43,666 nucleotides of DNA, from IMG/VR virus record IMGVR_UViG_3300045988_028451, positions 1 to 43,666 of that record. One strand, written 5' to 3'. Positions 1 through 9,676 of this stretch are shown in pieces (the first letter of the stretch is position 1; the number at the start of each line of letters is the position of its first letter). The position numbers were made by a program, and so were the translations under genes. The notes beneath the pieces are model-generated. The model was given only the letters and a program-made list of their open reading frames with translations, did no database searches and was not told where the DNA came from. The DNA is from a virus. Taxonomy: Duplodnaviria; Heunggongvirae; Uroviricota; Caudoviricetes.

Positions 1-55
1 ATTGATGTGGAAGACGGCAACCGTTTTCTTATAGCCTCAGACTCTGGCTTTCTTG
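1..55. repeat. 55-bp terminal direct repeat; bases 1-55 are identical to 43612-43666 (circular or permuted genome record)
   Basis: Exact identity of the first 55 bases with the last 55 bases, read directly. Confidence 0.9.
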
Positions 56-66
56 TGGCGCATAAC
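1..66 (+). mobile_element. intein, C-terminal splicing segment (continuation of 42781..43666)
   Basis: VYDLIDVEDGNRFLIASDSGFLVAHN followed by Cys matches intein blocks F/G with terminal His-Asn and a +1 Cys. Confidence 0.75.
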
Positions 67-927
67 TGCGAGCTTGGCCTCGGCTACGAGGGCGGCGTTG
101 GAGCGTTCGTTACGTTTGCTAAAAACCTAGGTCTTGACCTTATTGAGATGGCAAAAACAATGGACGGTACATTCCCGGACCATATCTGGTCGGCCACTGC
201 ACGCGGGTACGAGTGGGCGCGTATTCAGGAAGCCAAGCGACCACCGCATCCCGGTGAAAAGGATGACCGACCATCATATATTCTGGACAAGAAAGTGTGG
301 CGCACATGTGATGCAATCAAGCATATGTGGCGCGAGTCACACCCGGAAACAGTAGCGTTCTGGCGCGACCTTAAAGACGGAATTTTAGCCGCTGTTCGTA
401 ATCCTGGTCGTGAATTTTGGGCCGGGGCACACTTGCGCCGGAATGGTGAAAGGGCTATCCGCATATGGCGTACCGTAGAATTTGATTCGTCGGGCAGGAA
501 GGTTCCTGGCTGGTGGTTGTGTATGGAGTTGCCGTCAGGCCGTATCCTCTCGTATCCGGGAATCGGCGTTAGTGTGACAAAGGAAACAGACGAAGATGGA
601 CGGGTAAACACGAATGTGCGAATCAAGTACCAAGGTGAAAACCAGTTAACCCGCCAATGGACTACCCTGTACACACACGGCGGCAAAGCCTGCGAAAACA
701 TTGTTCAGGCGCTGTGCCGTGATTTACTCGCATATGCGATGATTAATGTTGAGGGTGGCGGGTATCCCATCGTGCTTTCGGTACACGATGAACTGGTATG
801 TGAAACTCCAGATACGCCGGATTACACGGTGCCTGAACTGGAAAAATTAATGTGTGCGTTGCCAGAGTGGGCGGGGGGGTTCCCTCTTGTAGCGGAAGGT
901 GCGGAGATGAAGCGCTATGCTAAGTAA
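1..927 (+). CDS. DNA polymerase I (family A), C-terminal part; continuation of the gene starting at 41440
   Basis: Frame is continuous with the 41440 ORF across the junction; after the intein end (HN at 61-66, Cys at 67-69) come ELGLGYEGG (motif B) and VHDELV (motif C); stop at 925-927. Confidence 0.85.
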   Translation: MDVEDGNRFLIASDSGFLVAHNCELGLGYEGGVGAFVTFAKNLGLDLIEMAKTMDGTFPDHIWSATARGYEWARIQEAKRPPHPGEKDDRPSYILDKKVWRTCDAIKHMWRESHPETVAFWRDLKDGILAAVRNPGREFWAGAHLRRNGERAIRIWRTVEFDSSGRKVPGWWLCMELPSGRILSYPGIGVSVTKETDEDGRVNTNVRIKYQGENQLTRQWTTLYTHGGKACENIVQALCRDLLAYAMINVEGGGYPIVLSVHDELVCETPDTPDYTVPELEKLMCALPEWAGGFPLVAEGAEMKRYAK

Positions 928-1048
928 ACTGATTATCGCGGTACTGGCGGGATTCGCCGCCGGTGTCTACTGCCACGAGGGTCAATACGGCATGATGGTC
1001 GCCGTATTGGGTATGTTAGTCGCAATTTATCTGTGGGTGCCGGAATGA
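917..1048 (+). CDS. small hydrophobic protein (43 aa)
   Basis: ATG at 917 overlapping the polymerase stop; product MLSKLIIAVLAGFAAGVYCHEGQYGMMVAVLGMLVAIYLWVPE is mostly hydrophobic. Confidence 0.3.
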   Translation: MLSKLIIAVLAGFAAGVYCHEGQYGMMVAVLGMLVAIYLWVPE

Positions 1049-1143
1049 AAATTTACTGGTTCTACGAAGAAGACTGCCGAATCTGTCCGCGCTGTGGCAT
1101 TGAGCATACAAAACGGGAGGGGTGCGTAGATGAGTACGCCTGA
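1045..1143 (+). CDS. small Cys-rich protein (32 aa), possible zinc ribbon
   Basis: ATG at 1045; CRICPRCG...C pattern; overlaps neighbouring genes; below the ORF-track size cutoff. Confidence 0.2.
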   Translation: MKIYWFYEEDCRICPRCGIEHTKREGCVDEYA

Positions 1144-1417
1144 GGGGCGTGTGCAGAAATACGCAAAAGAGCGATTCGAGGCCCTGGGGGGCCTCGTTCG
1201 TAAACTTTCGTACGAGGGGCGCTCCGGCGCCCCTGACCTGCTGGTAATTCTCCCCGGCGGCATCGTCTGGTTCGTCGAGGTTAAGAAAGACGAAAACACG
1301 AAGCCTGACCCGCACCAGTTACGTGAGCATGAGCGGATGCGTAAACGTGGTGCAAATGTTTTTGTCGTTGGTTCGTTTAAACAGGTTGACGACCTAATAG
1401 CAAACTATTATAGTTAG
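1130..1417 (+). CDS. VRR-NUC domain nuclease
   Basis: GGAGG RBS 9 nt upstream; PD...EVK-type motif (GAPDLLVILPGGIVWFVEVKKD) typical of VRR-NUC/PD-(D/E)XK nucleases. Confidence 0.7.
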   Translation: MSTPEGRVQKYAKERFEALGGLVRKLSYEGRSGAPDLLVILPGGIVWFVEVKKDENTKPDPHQLREHERMRKRGANVFVVGSFKQVDDLIANYYS

Positions 1418-1447
1418 CCATACACCAACAATATAAGGAATTGAGAA

Positions 1448-1642
1448 ATGAAACACGAATATGACCGCAAGCCGGCACGTGACATCGTACCTGGCGACAT
1501 GATTTTCAACGTTAAGACCCGCCAGCCTGTTGCCGTTGATACTGTGTTCGTCGAGTCAAACGGTAAACTGGTTATCGAAGATGTAACAGGCAACGTTACC
1601 GCGTTCGGGCGTAAAGAGCTGGTACTCTACGTTAAGGATTGA
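1448..1642 (+). CDS. hypothetical protein
   Basis: ORF with AGGA RBS, tightly packed in the replication operon. Confidence 0.5.
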   Translation: MKHEYDRKPARDIVPGDMIFNVKTRQPVAVDTVFVESNGKLVIEDVTGNVTAFGRKELVLYVKD

Positions 1643-1644
1643 AC

Positions 1645-3069
1645 ATGTCTAAATTTATCCGTCGAGGGTACCAGAAGCTCATGACTTCGTTCATGCTGCA
1701 ACACCCGCGCTGTAATATCTGGTGCGGAATGGGGGGAGGTAAAACCTCCTCCACTATGTGGGTGCTCAACCGCCTGTTCCGCAACGGGCAGCTTACGGAA
1801 GAGGACCGCGTGTTAATCCTTGCCCCGTTACGTGTTGCGTCCGGTACGTGGCCCGCTGAACAAGAGAAATGGCAATTCCCTTGTCTGCGTGTCGTAGATG
1901 CAACTGGTTCGGAGAAGCGCCGCATCGCGGCGCTGGAGTCAGATGCTAACGTGGTGTGCACTAACTACGAAGTTATCGAGTGGCTAATTGACTACTACGG
2001 CAAAGACGACTGGCCTTTTACGGTTATCGTTGCCGATGAAAGCACGAAGCTTAAATCGTTCCGCAGCCGTTCGGGTGGTAGCAAGCGGGCAAAGGCGCTC
2101 AGCAAGGTTGCGTTCGGAAAGGTTAAGCGTTTCATCAACCTGACAGGCACACCGTCACCAAACGGCCTCAAAGACTTGTGGGGTCAGAACTGGTTTATCG
2201 ACGCTGGCGAGCGCCTCGGCTCTTCGTATACGGCATTCACAGACCGCTGGTTTAACTCGGTACAGAAAGGTAAGTCGGCTATGGTGCGTGAATATCATGC
2301 GCGACCGGGTGCAGATAATGAAATTCATCAGAAGATGAAAGACATCAGCCTGACCATCGACCCTGCCGAGTGGTTCGGTTGTGAAGCGCCGATTATTGTG
2401 CCGGTTGAAATCGACCTGCCGAAGAAAGCGCGTCAGGCGTACATCGATATGGAGGAGAAGTTATTCGCTGAGCTGGAGAGCGGAGAAGTCGAAGCGGCTA
2501 ACGCGGCAGCAAAGACGTCGAAGTGTTTACAGATTGCATCTGGTGCTGTGTATGTATCAGGACCGGACGGCGAAGCAACCAAAGACTGGGAGAAAGTGCA
2601 CGACACGAAACTGGATGCGCTAGAGTCGATTGTGGAGGAGCTACAGGGTGCACCGTTACTAGTGGCCTATCAGTTTAAGCACGAACTTGAGCGTATCCTT
2701 AAGCGATTCCCTCAGGCACAGGCGTTCGCCAAAGGTGCGAAGGGCAATAAGCAGATGGAAGCGTGGAACCGCGGTGAAATCGAAATCTTATGCGTGCACC
2801 CCGCGTCAGCCGGGCATGGTTTGAATTTACAGGATGGAGGGCATCATCTGGCGTTTATAAGTCAGGGGTGGAACCTCGAGCACTATTTGCAGGTTGTCGA
2901 GCGCATAGGCCCTGTTCGTCAGAAACAGGCTGGACACGAGCGCCCGGTGTTCCTCTATCACATCGTCGCTAAAGACACGCTGGATGAGGTTGTTGCCGCG
3001 CGCACCGACGAGAAGAAATCTGTACAGGAAGAATTGCTTAATTACATGAAGAGACGAGGTAAGAAATGA
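1645..3069 (+). CDS. SNF2-family helicase
   Basis: Walker A-like GMGGGKT, DEST box and LTGTPSPN motif characteristic of SNF2/RAD54-type ATPases; ATG at 1645 after AGGA RBS (ORF track lists upstream TTG at 1639). Confidence 0.8.
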   Translation: MSKFIRRGYQKLMTSFMLQHPRCNIWCGMGGGKTSSTMWVLNRLFRNGQLTEEDRVLILAPLRVASGTWPAEQEKWQFPCLRVVDATGSEKRRIAALESDANVVCTNYEVIEWLIDYYGKDDWPFTVIVADESTKLKSFRSRSGGSKRAKALSKVAFGKVKRFINLTGTPSPNGLKDLWGQNWFIDAGERLGSSYTAFTDRWFNSVQKGKSAMVREYHARPGADNEIHQKMKDISLTIDPAEWFGCEAPIIVPVEIDLPKKARQAYIDMEEKLFAELESGEVEAANAAAKTSKCLQIASGAVYVSGPDGEATKDWEKVHDTKLDALESIVEELQGAPLLVAYQFKHELERILKRFPQAQAFAKGAKGNKQMEAWNRGEIEILCVHPASAGHGLNLQDGGHHLAFISQGWNLEHYLQVVERIGPVRQKQAGHERPVFLYHIVAKDTLDEVVAARTDEKKSVQEELLNYMKRRGKK

Positions 3070-3251
3070 AACTTAATGTTGGCGATGAAATATACAGCAT
3101 ACACTCATTCAATACTTTCACCATCGAGTACATATCAAAAGACGGCAACAGCTTTGTTTTGGTAAGCTCGGACGGTAAATACGAAAAGTCACGATGCTAC
3201 ACTCTGCCGGATATAAAGCGCAGTTTCAAGAAAAGCGAAGGTAAGAAATGA
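3066..3251 (+). CDS. hypothetical protein
   Basis: ORF overlapping the helicase stop (ATGA coupling) with GAGG RBS. Confidence 0.45.
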   Translation: MKLNVGDEIYSIHSFNTFTIEYISKDGNSFVLVSSDGKYEKSRCYTLPDIKRSFKKSEGKK

Positions 3252-3386
3252 ACATCATAGCCCCGATTCCAGCATTGCAAAAACGTATCAAGGAACTTGA
3301 AGAAGAGGTTCTACGACTACGGCAGCAAAGAGACGCAGCTAATGCGCAACTGGCGTTTGTTCTGGAGAAGCTATCAGAAGAGTAGA
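3249..3386 (+). CDS. small coiled-coil protein (45 aa)
   Basis: ATG overlapping upstream stop; heptad-like KELEEEVLRLRQQRD; ends just before a terminator hairpin. Confidence 0.35.
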
Positions 3387-3390
3387 GAAA

Positions 3391-3419
3391 AGGCCCCGTT
3401 TGGGGCCTTGTTTATTTAA
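3391..3419. terminator. bidirectional rho-independent terminator between convergent operons
   Basis: GGCCCC-GTTT-GGGGCC hairpin followed by TTGTTTATTT; T-rich on the opposite strand too. Confidence 0.7.
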
Positions 3420-5752
3420 CTGTTTGTCAGGGTAGCCACTAATGTCTCAAGCGCTATAATCCTTTTCTCTAACTGAGCTGCTTTACGTCGCTGTAACGCA
3501 GCCTCTAATATCAATACCTCATCATAACGAATACCATACCGCTCCCCTGCCGCCGTAGCTTTTGTTAATACTTCCCCAGATTCCTCATCAATAATTTCCG
3601 GAGACGCTTCCCACTTATCGTAGCACAGGAAACCGTACTTAGCCGCGTCCAACCCGTGCCGGGTAAACGCCTCAATTGCTCGTTGGGCTACTACTCCAAA
3701 GTGCCACCTAGCTGCATCCTCCCCCTTCTCTGCAACCCTATCCAGGTACTTATATTGAACTAAATTAACTTCAGCCCAAGCGTCTAATATAGCGTCAGTT
3801 AATTCCAGGGGTAGTGTCTTGGTTCTCTCGTCAGACGTAACCGTAAACGCTGTTTGAGTGAATCCGCCGGACAAAGCGCGACTTGCCGACCCGATAGCGA
3901 CGGTGTTTGCCCTGGATGGTGTAATAGCCGTCGGGGCTATTTGAATATACGCCGATGCGTCAGAGGCTAAGCGTAAATTACCCCCAACCAGAGCAATAGT
4001 TCGATAAGTACCATTAGATGTGAGTAATTTTATCTGAGAGGTCGTACCTCCACCAATAGCCAAAGATGTAGCCCCATCGGAAATTAGTCTGAATTTATCA
4101 GCTGTCACAAAAGGCAATGCAGAAGTATTTATATACTTAGTGAACCACTCAAACCTACCGGACATGGACCCTATGTATTGTCCTATAGCGGGGGCGTGTA
4201 CCACGTTACTGGTGGTAGTACCATCAATGCTAGAGACCCCGGTTATAGTAGATAGTGAACTAAGAAGACTGTTCTTGGGTCCAGGGTGCTTTACTTCCAC
4301 AAAGTTACGGGTAGTCCCTGTCTCTAGTGTAACAACCCCGGAAGCACTATACATAGGGAAAACCGATGCGTAGTTATTACTAGCTCTGTCTAAAAACCTA
4401 ATAGAAGTCGCGGTTTGCGTTTGCCCTAAACTATTAGTTCCGCTGCACCCAACCATTAGAATATTATCAGCGGCATTATAGTTGCCTTGTAATGTAACGC
4501 CGTGTGCTTGCGTGGCCTCGGAGGAGGAGTAATCAGCTACAACATTTGTCACCAGATTACCTGAACCCTTGCCGGCGGCCACAGCGGCATACTTAGCGTT
4601 ATTAGCAACAACATTACTGATAATATTACTGCTAGGGGCATTGGTCGTCTCGGTGCCATTATAAACAACGTGCTGACAGCTTTGCCCAATGACGCCACTA
4701 ACAACATTACATTTAGCATCTGTTTTCAACTCAACCGCCCCGAATTGGGGGTAGTTTCGGGCGATAACATCGTTGATTATAGTATTACTTGCGGACTCAA
4801 ACAGCACGCACCCCGCTTTTTTATTTGTAGCATACCCGGAGTAGTCGCCCCGTATGCCGCTTACAATGTATCCAGACGGACCCCCATCACTAGGGTATGC
4901 TATTAAACTAAATCCAGTTCCCTTTGCATTTTTAAAATCAATACCTTTAATAGTAACGTCCCGCCCACCGGCGAAGGAAACCTGCTGACCCTGTGTGGAG
5001 TCCGTTGCCTTATTTCCTACAATACTCAGGGTGCTAAGTAGCCCTCCTGCAGGTTTATCAAAGATTAAGTGGTTTCCAGAATCGTTTGATTGTTTTAAAA
5101 CCCCACCCCCTGTTCCGAATAGAGAGCATGTCGGGTGGGAGAGTAGCGACGTACTATACTCCCCTTGCGGTACAAGCACCCCGTTACTAGCTGTAAGCGC
5201 TCGGTTAAGGGCGTTTGTGTAATCAGGGTCAGTACCTAAATAGAAGTCCAGAACGGAAACTACTTCTCTATTTTTATCGTGTTGCGTCCTGCCGACAGCG
5301 TCGGTAAATGGTTGTCGGACGCCGACCATGGCATCACCTAATGTCGCATTGTCTGTGCTGGATAAATCATTGCGCAAATCCGGGTCAGTCTGCGGCTTCC
5401 AGTTAGCGTTACCAACCGGGTTAAACGATGCGGGGACAACAACCGGCAGAGTCCCGGTATACGAGTACCACGTCTTGCTTACAGGGTCATACACCACTTT
5501 GTCGCGGTCATTAGCGGTTAACGTACCACCAGTGGAAAAGTCCCATGACACCAGAGAAAAACCAGCGTCACGCAACACGGCTGGTAACGTCTTTTGGGTC
5601 TGCCCTGTAACGGCATTTGTCGCGTAATCAATATCGGCGCCACCTGCAACACCGCCGGATTTGCCGGTGATAACCTCGGCTTCGAAAATCTGGTGTTTCT
5701 TGGCGGTCTGTAAATCCGCCAGGCTTAAAACGTCACCGCATCCGCTTGACAT
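3416..5752 (-). CDS. tailspike / tail fibre with beta-helix repeats and C-terminal intramolecular chaperone-like domain
   Basis: 778 aa, last tail gene; Gly/Asn/Thr/Ser-rich repeats typical of parallel beta-helix; C-terminal SDERTK segment resembles Ser-Lys autoproteolytic chaperone domains; AAGAGGA RBS. Confidence 0.75.
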   Translation of the reverse strand: MSSGCGDVLSLADLQTAKKHQIFEAEVITGKSGGVAGGADIDYATNAVTGQTQKTLPAVLRDAGFSLVSWDFSTGGTLTANDRDKVVYDPVSKTWYSYTGTLPVVVPASFNPVGNANWKPQTDPDLRNDLSSTDNATLGDAMVGVRQPFTDAVGRTQHDKNREVVSVLDFYLGTDPDYTNALNRALTASNGVLVPQGEYSTSLLSHPTCSLFGTGGGVLKQSNDSGNHLIFDKPAGGLLSTLSIVGNKATDSTQGQQVSFAGGRDVTIKGIDFKNAKGTGFSLIAYPSDGGPSGYIVSGIRGDYSGYATNKKAGCVLFESASNTIINDVIARNYPQFGAVELKTDAKCNVVSGVIGQSCQHVVYNGTETTNAPSSNIISNVVANNAKYAAVAAGKGSGNLVTNVVADYSSSEATQAHGVTLQGNYNAADNILMVGCSGTNSLGQTQTATSIRFLDRASNNYASVFPMYSASGVVTLETGTTRNFVEVKHPGPKNSLLSSLSTITGVSSIDGTTTSNVVHAPAIGQYIGSMSGRFEWFTKYINTSALPFVTADKFRLISDGATSLAIGGGTTSQIKLLTSNGTYRTIALVGGNLRLASDASAYIQIAPTAITPSRANTVAIGSASRALSGGFTQTAFTVTSDERTKTLPLELTDAILDAWAEVNLVQYKYLDRVAEKGEDAARWHFGVVAQRAIEAFTRHGLDAAKYGFLCYDKWEASPEIIDEESGEVLTKATAAGERYGIRYDEVLILEAALQRRKAAQLEKRIIALETLVATLTNS

Positions 5753-5764
5753 ATAGAGTCCTCT

Positions 5765-8311
5765 TTAATTAAAACCATTGCTGAATCCGTCGGAGAAACC
5801 GCTACCGTATGGAGCGACGCCGTCGTATTTATAGAATCCGTCGTCATAGTTGTAGCCTGTAATCTTGACCGTGCGGTCGTCGCCCGGGTCGATTGAAGAA
5901 ACAACTATCTTCTGTGCATTATGCCTTGCTTCGTTGCCGAATGAAAACTCAGTTTTTAGTGCGCTATTCCCCGTGTATATTGCTTCCTCCGGCGCGGAGA
6001 GCATAATCACTTCGCGGTCGTGGTTTCCTTTGATAACAGAAATACTCTGCACGGAGCCATCGCGCTTCTTGAGGATGATGGAGTGGTCATCGCCGGGGGT
6101 AAACGTAACCGGCTGTGACAGTGTCAGCGTAAGACCATTAACGGCAACAACATAGCCATCCTGCGGCGCGATACGCGAGCCTTTAACGACACTGATTACG
6201 CCGCCCGGTGTAGCGAGTGCCCCCTCTTCGGTAGCTTCGAACTCTACGACAACTTTACTTAACGCATTGCGCTGATAGCGACGCCACGCCAGCCAGTACG
6301 CCTGCTGATAGTTGCGCACGCCTTTCGATTCGTATTCCTCAGTGTTTGCACCGAGTTCTTCCGGGATATAAATAGTTTCCTGTACGTTTGTATCCGGGTC
6401 GATGTACGAGAACGACAGGCTATCGTAGGTAGTAGAATCGTTGAATGTGCGCGTCCATTTCTCTGTACCGGTAGTTTTACTGCGGTGGGTGAACACCATT
6501 TCAGGCCCTGCAACCGGACGGTCGAAACGCAGCATAATGTCTGCACCTTTACGGTACGCAGTACAAAACACGGCTTCGGCTATAGTCTGAACGATGTCCT
6601 GCATCGTGGTGTCGTAGTCGTCGAACGTGTAGCAGAATTGTCCCGCTAATTCGCTGCCAAAATAGGATTCAATCTCTTCCTGCACGGCAAGTAACTTGTC
6701 CATGTTTGCGGTTGTCAGTTCTAAGTTACCTACCGCCGGGTCGCGGGCCAGTCGAATTAGTGATTGCACCGCCTGCGTATTAGGTGTCATTACCGTATCG
6801 AATACCCCATTTCCGAGGTATTTGTAACACATCTCAGTCGCAATCATGCGCAGTTCAGGGTTGTCAATACTAGTGGCCCGCGGTGTCTGTTTACGGGCGC
6901 AATGTACTGTTGTCCGGTTGCCGTAGTGCGGGGTTGTGTCCAGAGACTGCCCGTACAGGTTGATGAATGTTATCTCATCGCTTACGGTACCGTCGTAGTC
7001 CTTATCAAAATTCGTTATACGACGCATACGGGCGCGGAAACGCGATGCAGTAGGCAATTGCCCGTAGATAGACGTGCCAACGTAATCCGTGCTATTACCG
7101 GTAACGGTGCCTTGTACGGTGTGGATATCACCAATCGGGTTACGCTGAGAATCGATCATCTGGTACTGGAGTTCTACGGTTACATTGGCTCGGCTATAAC
7201 CACCGTCGTATTTGTAGAGGCCGTTCTGCCCGGAAACGTTAGCAAGCACCCGGTCAACTTCTCCGCGCACCATGTAATACCAGTCGGTCAGGGATACGTC
7301 GTAGGTGTCTCTCGGACCAATGAAAGTATCAGAACGCTCTGTTAAGGTATACGTCTGCCCACTGGTTAACGCGTCCCAATTAGAAGCACCATTCACCGCC
7401 AGTCTTACTTCGAAGTCATCGACATATAAAACCTCAAACGAGCCGTTAAGGTTAGTGACGCCTGCAACGTCAAAGTTGCTCAGCACCGCGACATCACCGA
7501 CGCTAAGAAACTCAGAAAAAGCGGAGTCACCCGACGGGTCATAGATGTAGCCGGTGTTTGAAATACGTTTCGCGGTGCCATCGGCGCTTGGGTTAGCCCC
7601 GATGTCGTTTGGCGCTTTCAGTACAATACCGTCAACGTCGTCGTTGGAGTATGTCACATAGAGTTTCTGGTCAATGACGTCCCCGATTTGTAGCTGCGGA
7701 GATGTGGTGTTGTTCGGGGAGGTATATGGCGCATACACGGCAACAGAGGAGCCTGTGATGTCACTTATCAGGGTATCGCCCTCTGTGACCCCATCAGCCT
7801 CAATATGTAGATGCCCCCGCCCGGCGTCATAGTACGAGTATTCTAGTAAATTCCCGATATTGTCGAACGCCTTATACGTCTGCATCAGGTCATTAGGGAT
7901 TGTCTGCACAGTCCCGCAGATGTCATAGGAGCGCTCGTAAGGACGCGGCTTGTTGGAGCGGTCAGTAAGGCTGTTATTAGCGGATTTTGCTTGGTTATTT
8001 GTCGCTGTTACCGCCAGATTCGGTTTCTTAGTTAGTAAAACCGTAGCCGCGACGACGACCAACGCAACAAGCGCACCTACTACAAGCGCACCCCCACCAG
8101 CTCCTTCTACTATGTGATACACCGCGTCTTCGTCTTTAAGCGCTTCGAAGTCGTCCGTTACGTCTGTATCATCACCAATTTCGCCGAGGTAGACGCGCAC
8201 AGGCACGCCGTCAGGAATACGGTTAACGACAAACTCCATCGGCATCCCGACGTGTTTTGTGCGGTCGAAAACACCGTTAGCATTTCGCGTGTAGTGCAGG
8301 ATTATCGCCAA
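5765..8311 (-). CDS. large tail tip protein (host-specificity J-like), with N-terminal hydrophobic segment
   Basis: 848 aa ORF downstream of K-like gene in the tail module; GGALVVGALVALVVVAATVLL hydrophobic stretch; TTG start with GGAG RBS. Confidence 0.5.
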   Translation of the reverse strand: MAIILHYTRNANGVFDRTKHVGMPMEFVVNRIPDGVPVRVYLGEIGDDTDVTDDFEALKDEDAVYHIVEGAGGGALVVGALVALVVVAATVLLTKKPNLAVTATNNQAKSANNSLTDRSNKPRPYERSYDICGTVQTIPNDLMQTYKAFDNIGNLLEYSYYDAGRGHLHIEADGVTEGDTLISDITGSSVAVYAPYTSPNNTTSPQLQIGDVIDQKLYVTYSNDDVDGIVLKAPNDIGANPSADGTAKRISNTGYIYDPSGDSAFSEFLSVGDVAVLSNFDVAGVTNLNGSFEVLYVDDFEVRLAVNGASNWDALTSGQTYTLTERSDTFIGPRDTYDVSLTDWYYMVRGEVDRVLANVSGQNGLYKYDGGYSRANVTVELQYQMIDSQRNPIGDIHTVQGTVTGNSTDYVGTSIYGQLPTASRFRARMRRITNFDKDYDGTVSDEITFINLYGQSLDTTPHYGNRTTVHCARKQTPRATSIDNPELRMIATEMCYKYLGNGVFDTVMTPNTQAVQSLIRLARDPAVGNLELTTANMDKLLAVQEEIESYFGSELAGQFCYTFDDYDTTMQDIVQTIAEAVFCTAYRKGADIMLRFDRPVAGPEMVFTHRSKTTGTEKWTRTFNDSTTYDSLSFSYIDPDTNVQETIYIPEELGANTEEYESKGVRNYQQAYWLAWRRYQRNALSKVVVEFEATEEGALATPGGVISVVKGSRIAPQDGYVVAVNGLTLTLSQPVTFTPGDDHSIILKKRDGSVQSISVIKGNHDREVIMLSAPEEAIYTGNSALKTEFSFGNEARHNAQKIVVSSIDPGDDRTVKITGYNYDDGFYKYDGVAPYGSGFSDGFSNGFN

Positions 8312-8667
8312 AATTCAATCTCCGTGTACAGGTCGCTCAGGTCAACAAGCCGGTCTAGCCGTACCTGACGGGAGGCCATCTCGCAATGACTCACCATTCC
8401 GTCAAAGTAGACCCCGGCGTGCCACACGATTCTGCCGCCGCGACGCCTACCCATAAGAACCGCGCACAAGTTCTCAGGCTTATCAATTTTCGTAAGCCCC
8501 TTCGTGTTGCGATGCCCTTCGTCAAACGCGTCGTTAATTGCCGTTGGGCTTGTAGCGTCGAACGCCGGTGTGGCTAACCCGGCATCCGCACGGACAATAC
8601 GCACGTGATGCCAGCAATTGCGTTTGCGAAAGTCGTAAGGAATTCCCGTGTAGTCGTTAATGTTCAT
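8302..8667 (-). CDS. tail assembly protein, NlpC/P60-like (lambda gpK-like)
   Basis: Cys-His-His arrangement (NCWHHV ... HAGVY) and position between minor tail and J-like genes. Confidence 0.45.
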   Translation of the reverse strand: MNINDYTGIPYDFRKRNCWHHVRIVRADAGLATPAFDATSPTAINDAFDEGHRNTKGLTKIDKPENLCAVLMGRRRGGRIVWHAGVYFDGMVSHCEMASRQVRLDRLVDLSDLYTEIEFWR

Positions 8668-9179
8668 GTTATTAACAGGCCGCGTAATAAAGGTATCTCT
8701 TTAGGTGTCATGAGTATACCAGTGCTTCGTTGGTTAAGCATAGGTGTCCCTAAATTAGCGGAGAATCGCCCCTTGTCCTGAGCTATGGTCTGCGCCTCGT
8801 ATGCCACAGGGCCGTCTGCCGGGTAAGACAGGTCGGTGCTGACATAACGGCGAAATATGAACTTCGGCAACTCAGTACTATCCATCGGAATATTATCCAG
8901 TTCATCGTCCAGTAAATTTCCGACGTCAGGAAGTGTAAACGTCGTCGTCTGGTCCATGTCGTTATTGTTAGCGGCTCCCGACGCTTCCATCGGTGTTGGC
9001 TCGAACGTGATTGTTTCGCCTGTCTCCAGTGTTGCCGTAAGTTCCTGTAGCCCTCGAACAAGATAGTACGTCTTCGACAGCAACGGGTGGCTGATTTGCA
9101 ACGTGATGTAGTCCATCTCGCCGTCGGGATTTGAGGCCAGCTTACGGCGATAGGCGGCTTCTACTGATTCCTGGCTCAT
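8664..9179 (-). CDS. minor tail protein (L-like, putative)
   Basis: Position in tail module; ATG at 9179 overlaps upstream stop (ATGA); ORF track lists an upstream TTG at 9194. Confidence 0.4.
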   Translation of the reverse strand: MSQESVEAAYRRKLASNPDGEMDYITLQISHPLLSKTYYLVRGLQELTATLETGETITFEPTPMEASGAANNNDMDQTTTFTLPDVGNLLDDELDNIPMDSTELPKFIFRRYVSTDLSYPADGPVAYEAQTIAQDKGRFSANLGTPMLNQRSTGILMTPKEIPLLRGLLIT

Positions 9180-9676
9180 TGCATCGGGTCCCAAATTCGT
9201 GGAAACGTTGATTGTGCAGTTCCGTAGGCTTTAAGGAAACATCCCAGCCTGTCACCATAGCAGCCATACAAATCAGGCAGATTGTTGACAAGGCACTGGT
9301 TATCCTCATCCTGGAACGGCGATTTCTCAGCGGTTGCCGTGAAAGTAATCGTCCAGTTAATGCCATCTTCTGTGGACTCTGCGATGGTTGACGTGATAGT
9401 TACCTGATAATCCTCAATGCCCATGCCGAAGTCGTGCGCCATCCAGAAACTTGACGCACCGCCGTCTACTTTTTCGAGGAACGACAGAAACGCCTGTCGC
9501 CCCATTGCGGATGTAATGAGGGTTACGCTAACAGGGAACACGTCGTAATACGTGTCACGGCCCTGACGCACCCCGCCACCGGCTAAATCTACACTCCAGA
9601 CGTTGTTACGTCTGGTCATTGAGTAGCCTTTTGATACCACCGGCTTAAGGCTACGTGGAAAGTATAAGTCGCTCAT
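9176..9676 (-). CDS. minor tail protein (M-like, putative)
   Basis: Immediately downstream of the tape measure gene with overlapping stop/start. Confidence 0.4.
   Translation of the reverse strand: MSDLYFPRSLKPVVSKGYSMTRRNNVWSVDLAGGGVRQGRDTYYDVFPVSVTLITSAMGRQAFLSFLEKVDGGASSFWMAHDFGMGIEDYQVTITSTIAESTEDGINWTITFTATAEKSPFQDEDNQCLVNNLPDLYGCYGDRLGCFLKAYGTAQSTFPRIWDPMQ

Noticed and set aside
7-927. Independent 306-aa gene starting at GTG 7
   Set aside because: The frame is open upstream to the window start and is continuous with the polymerase ORF at the other end of the circular record; it is the C-terminal part of the polymerase.
6764-7345. 193-aa plus-strand ORF inside the large tail protein gene
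   Set aside because: Antisense to an 848-aa structural ORF; no start context.
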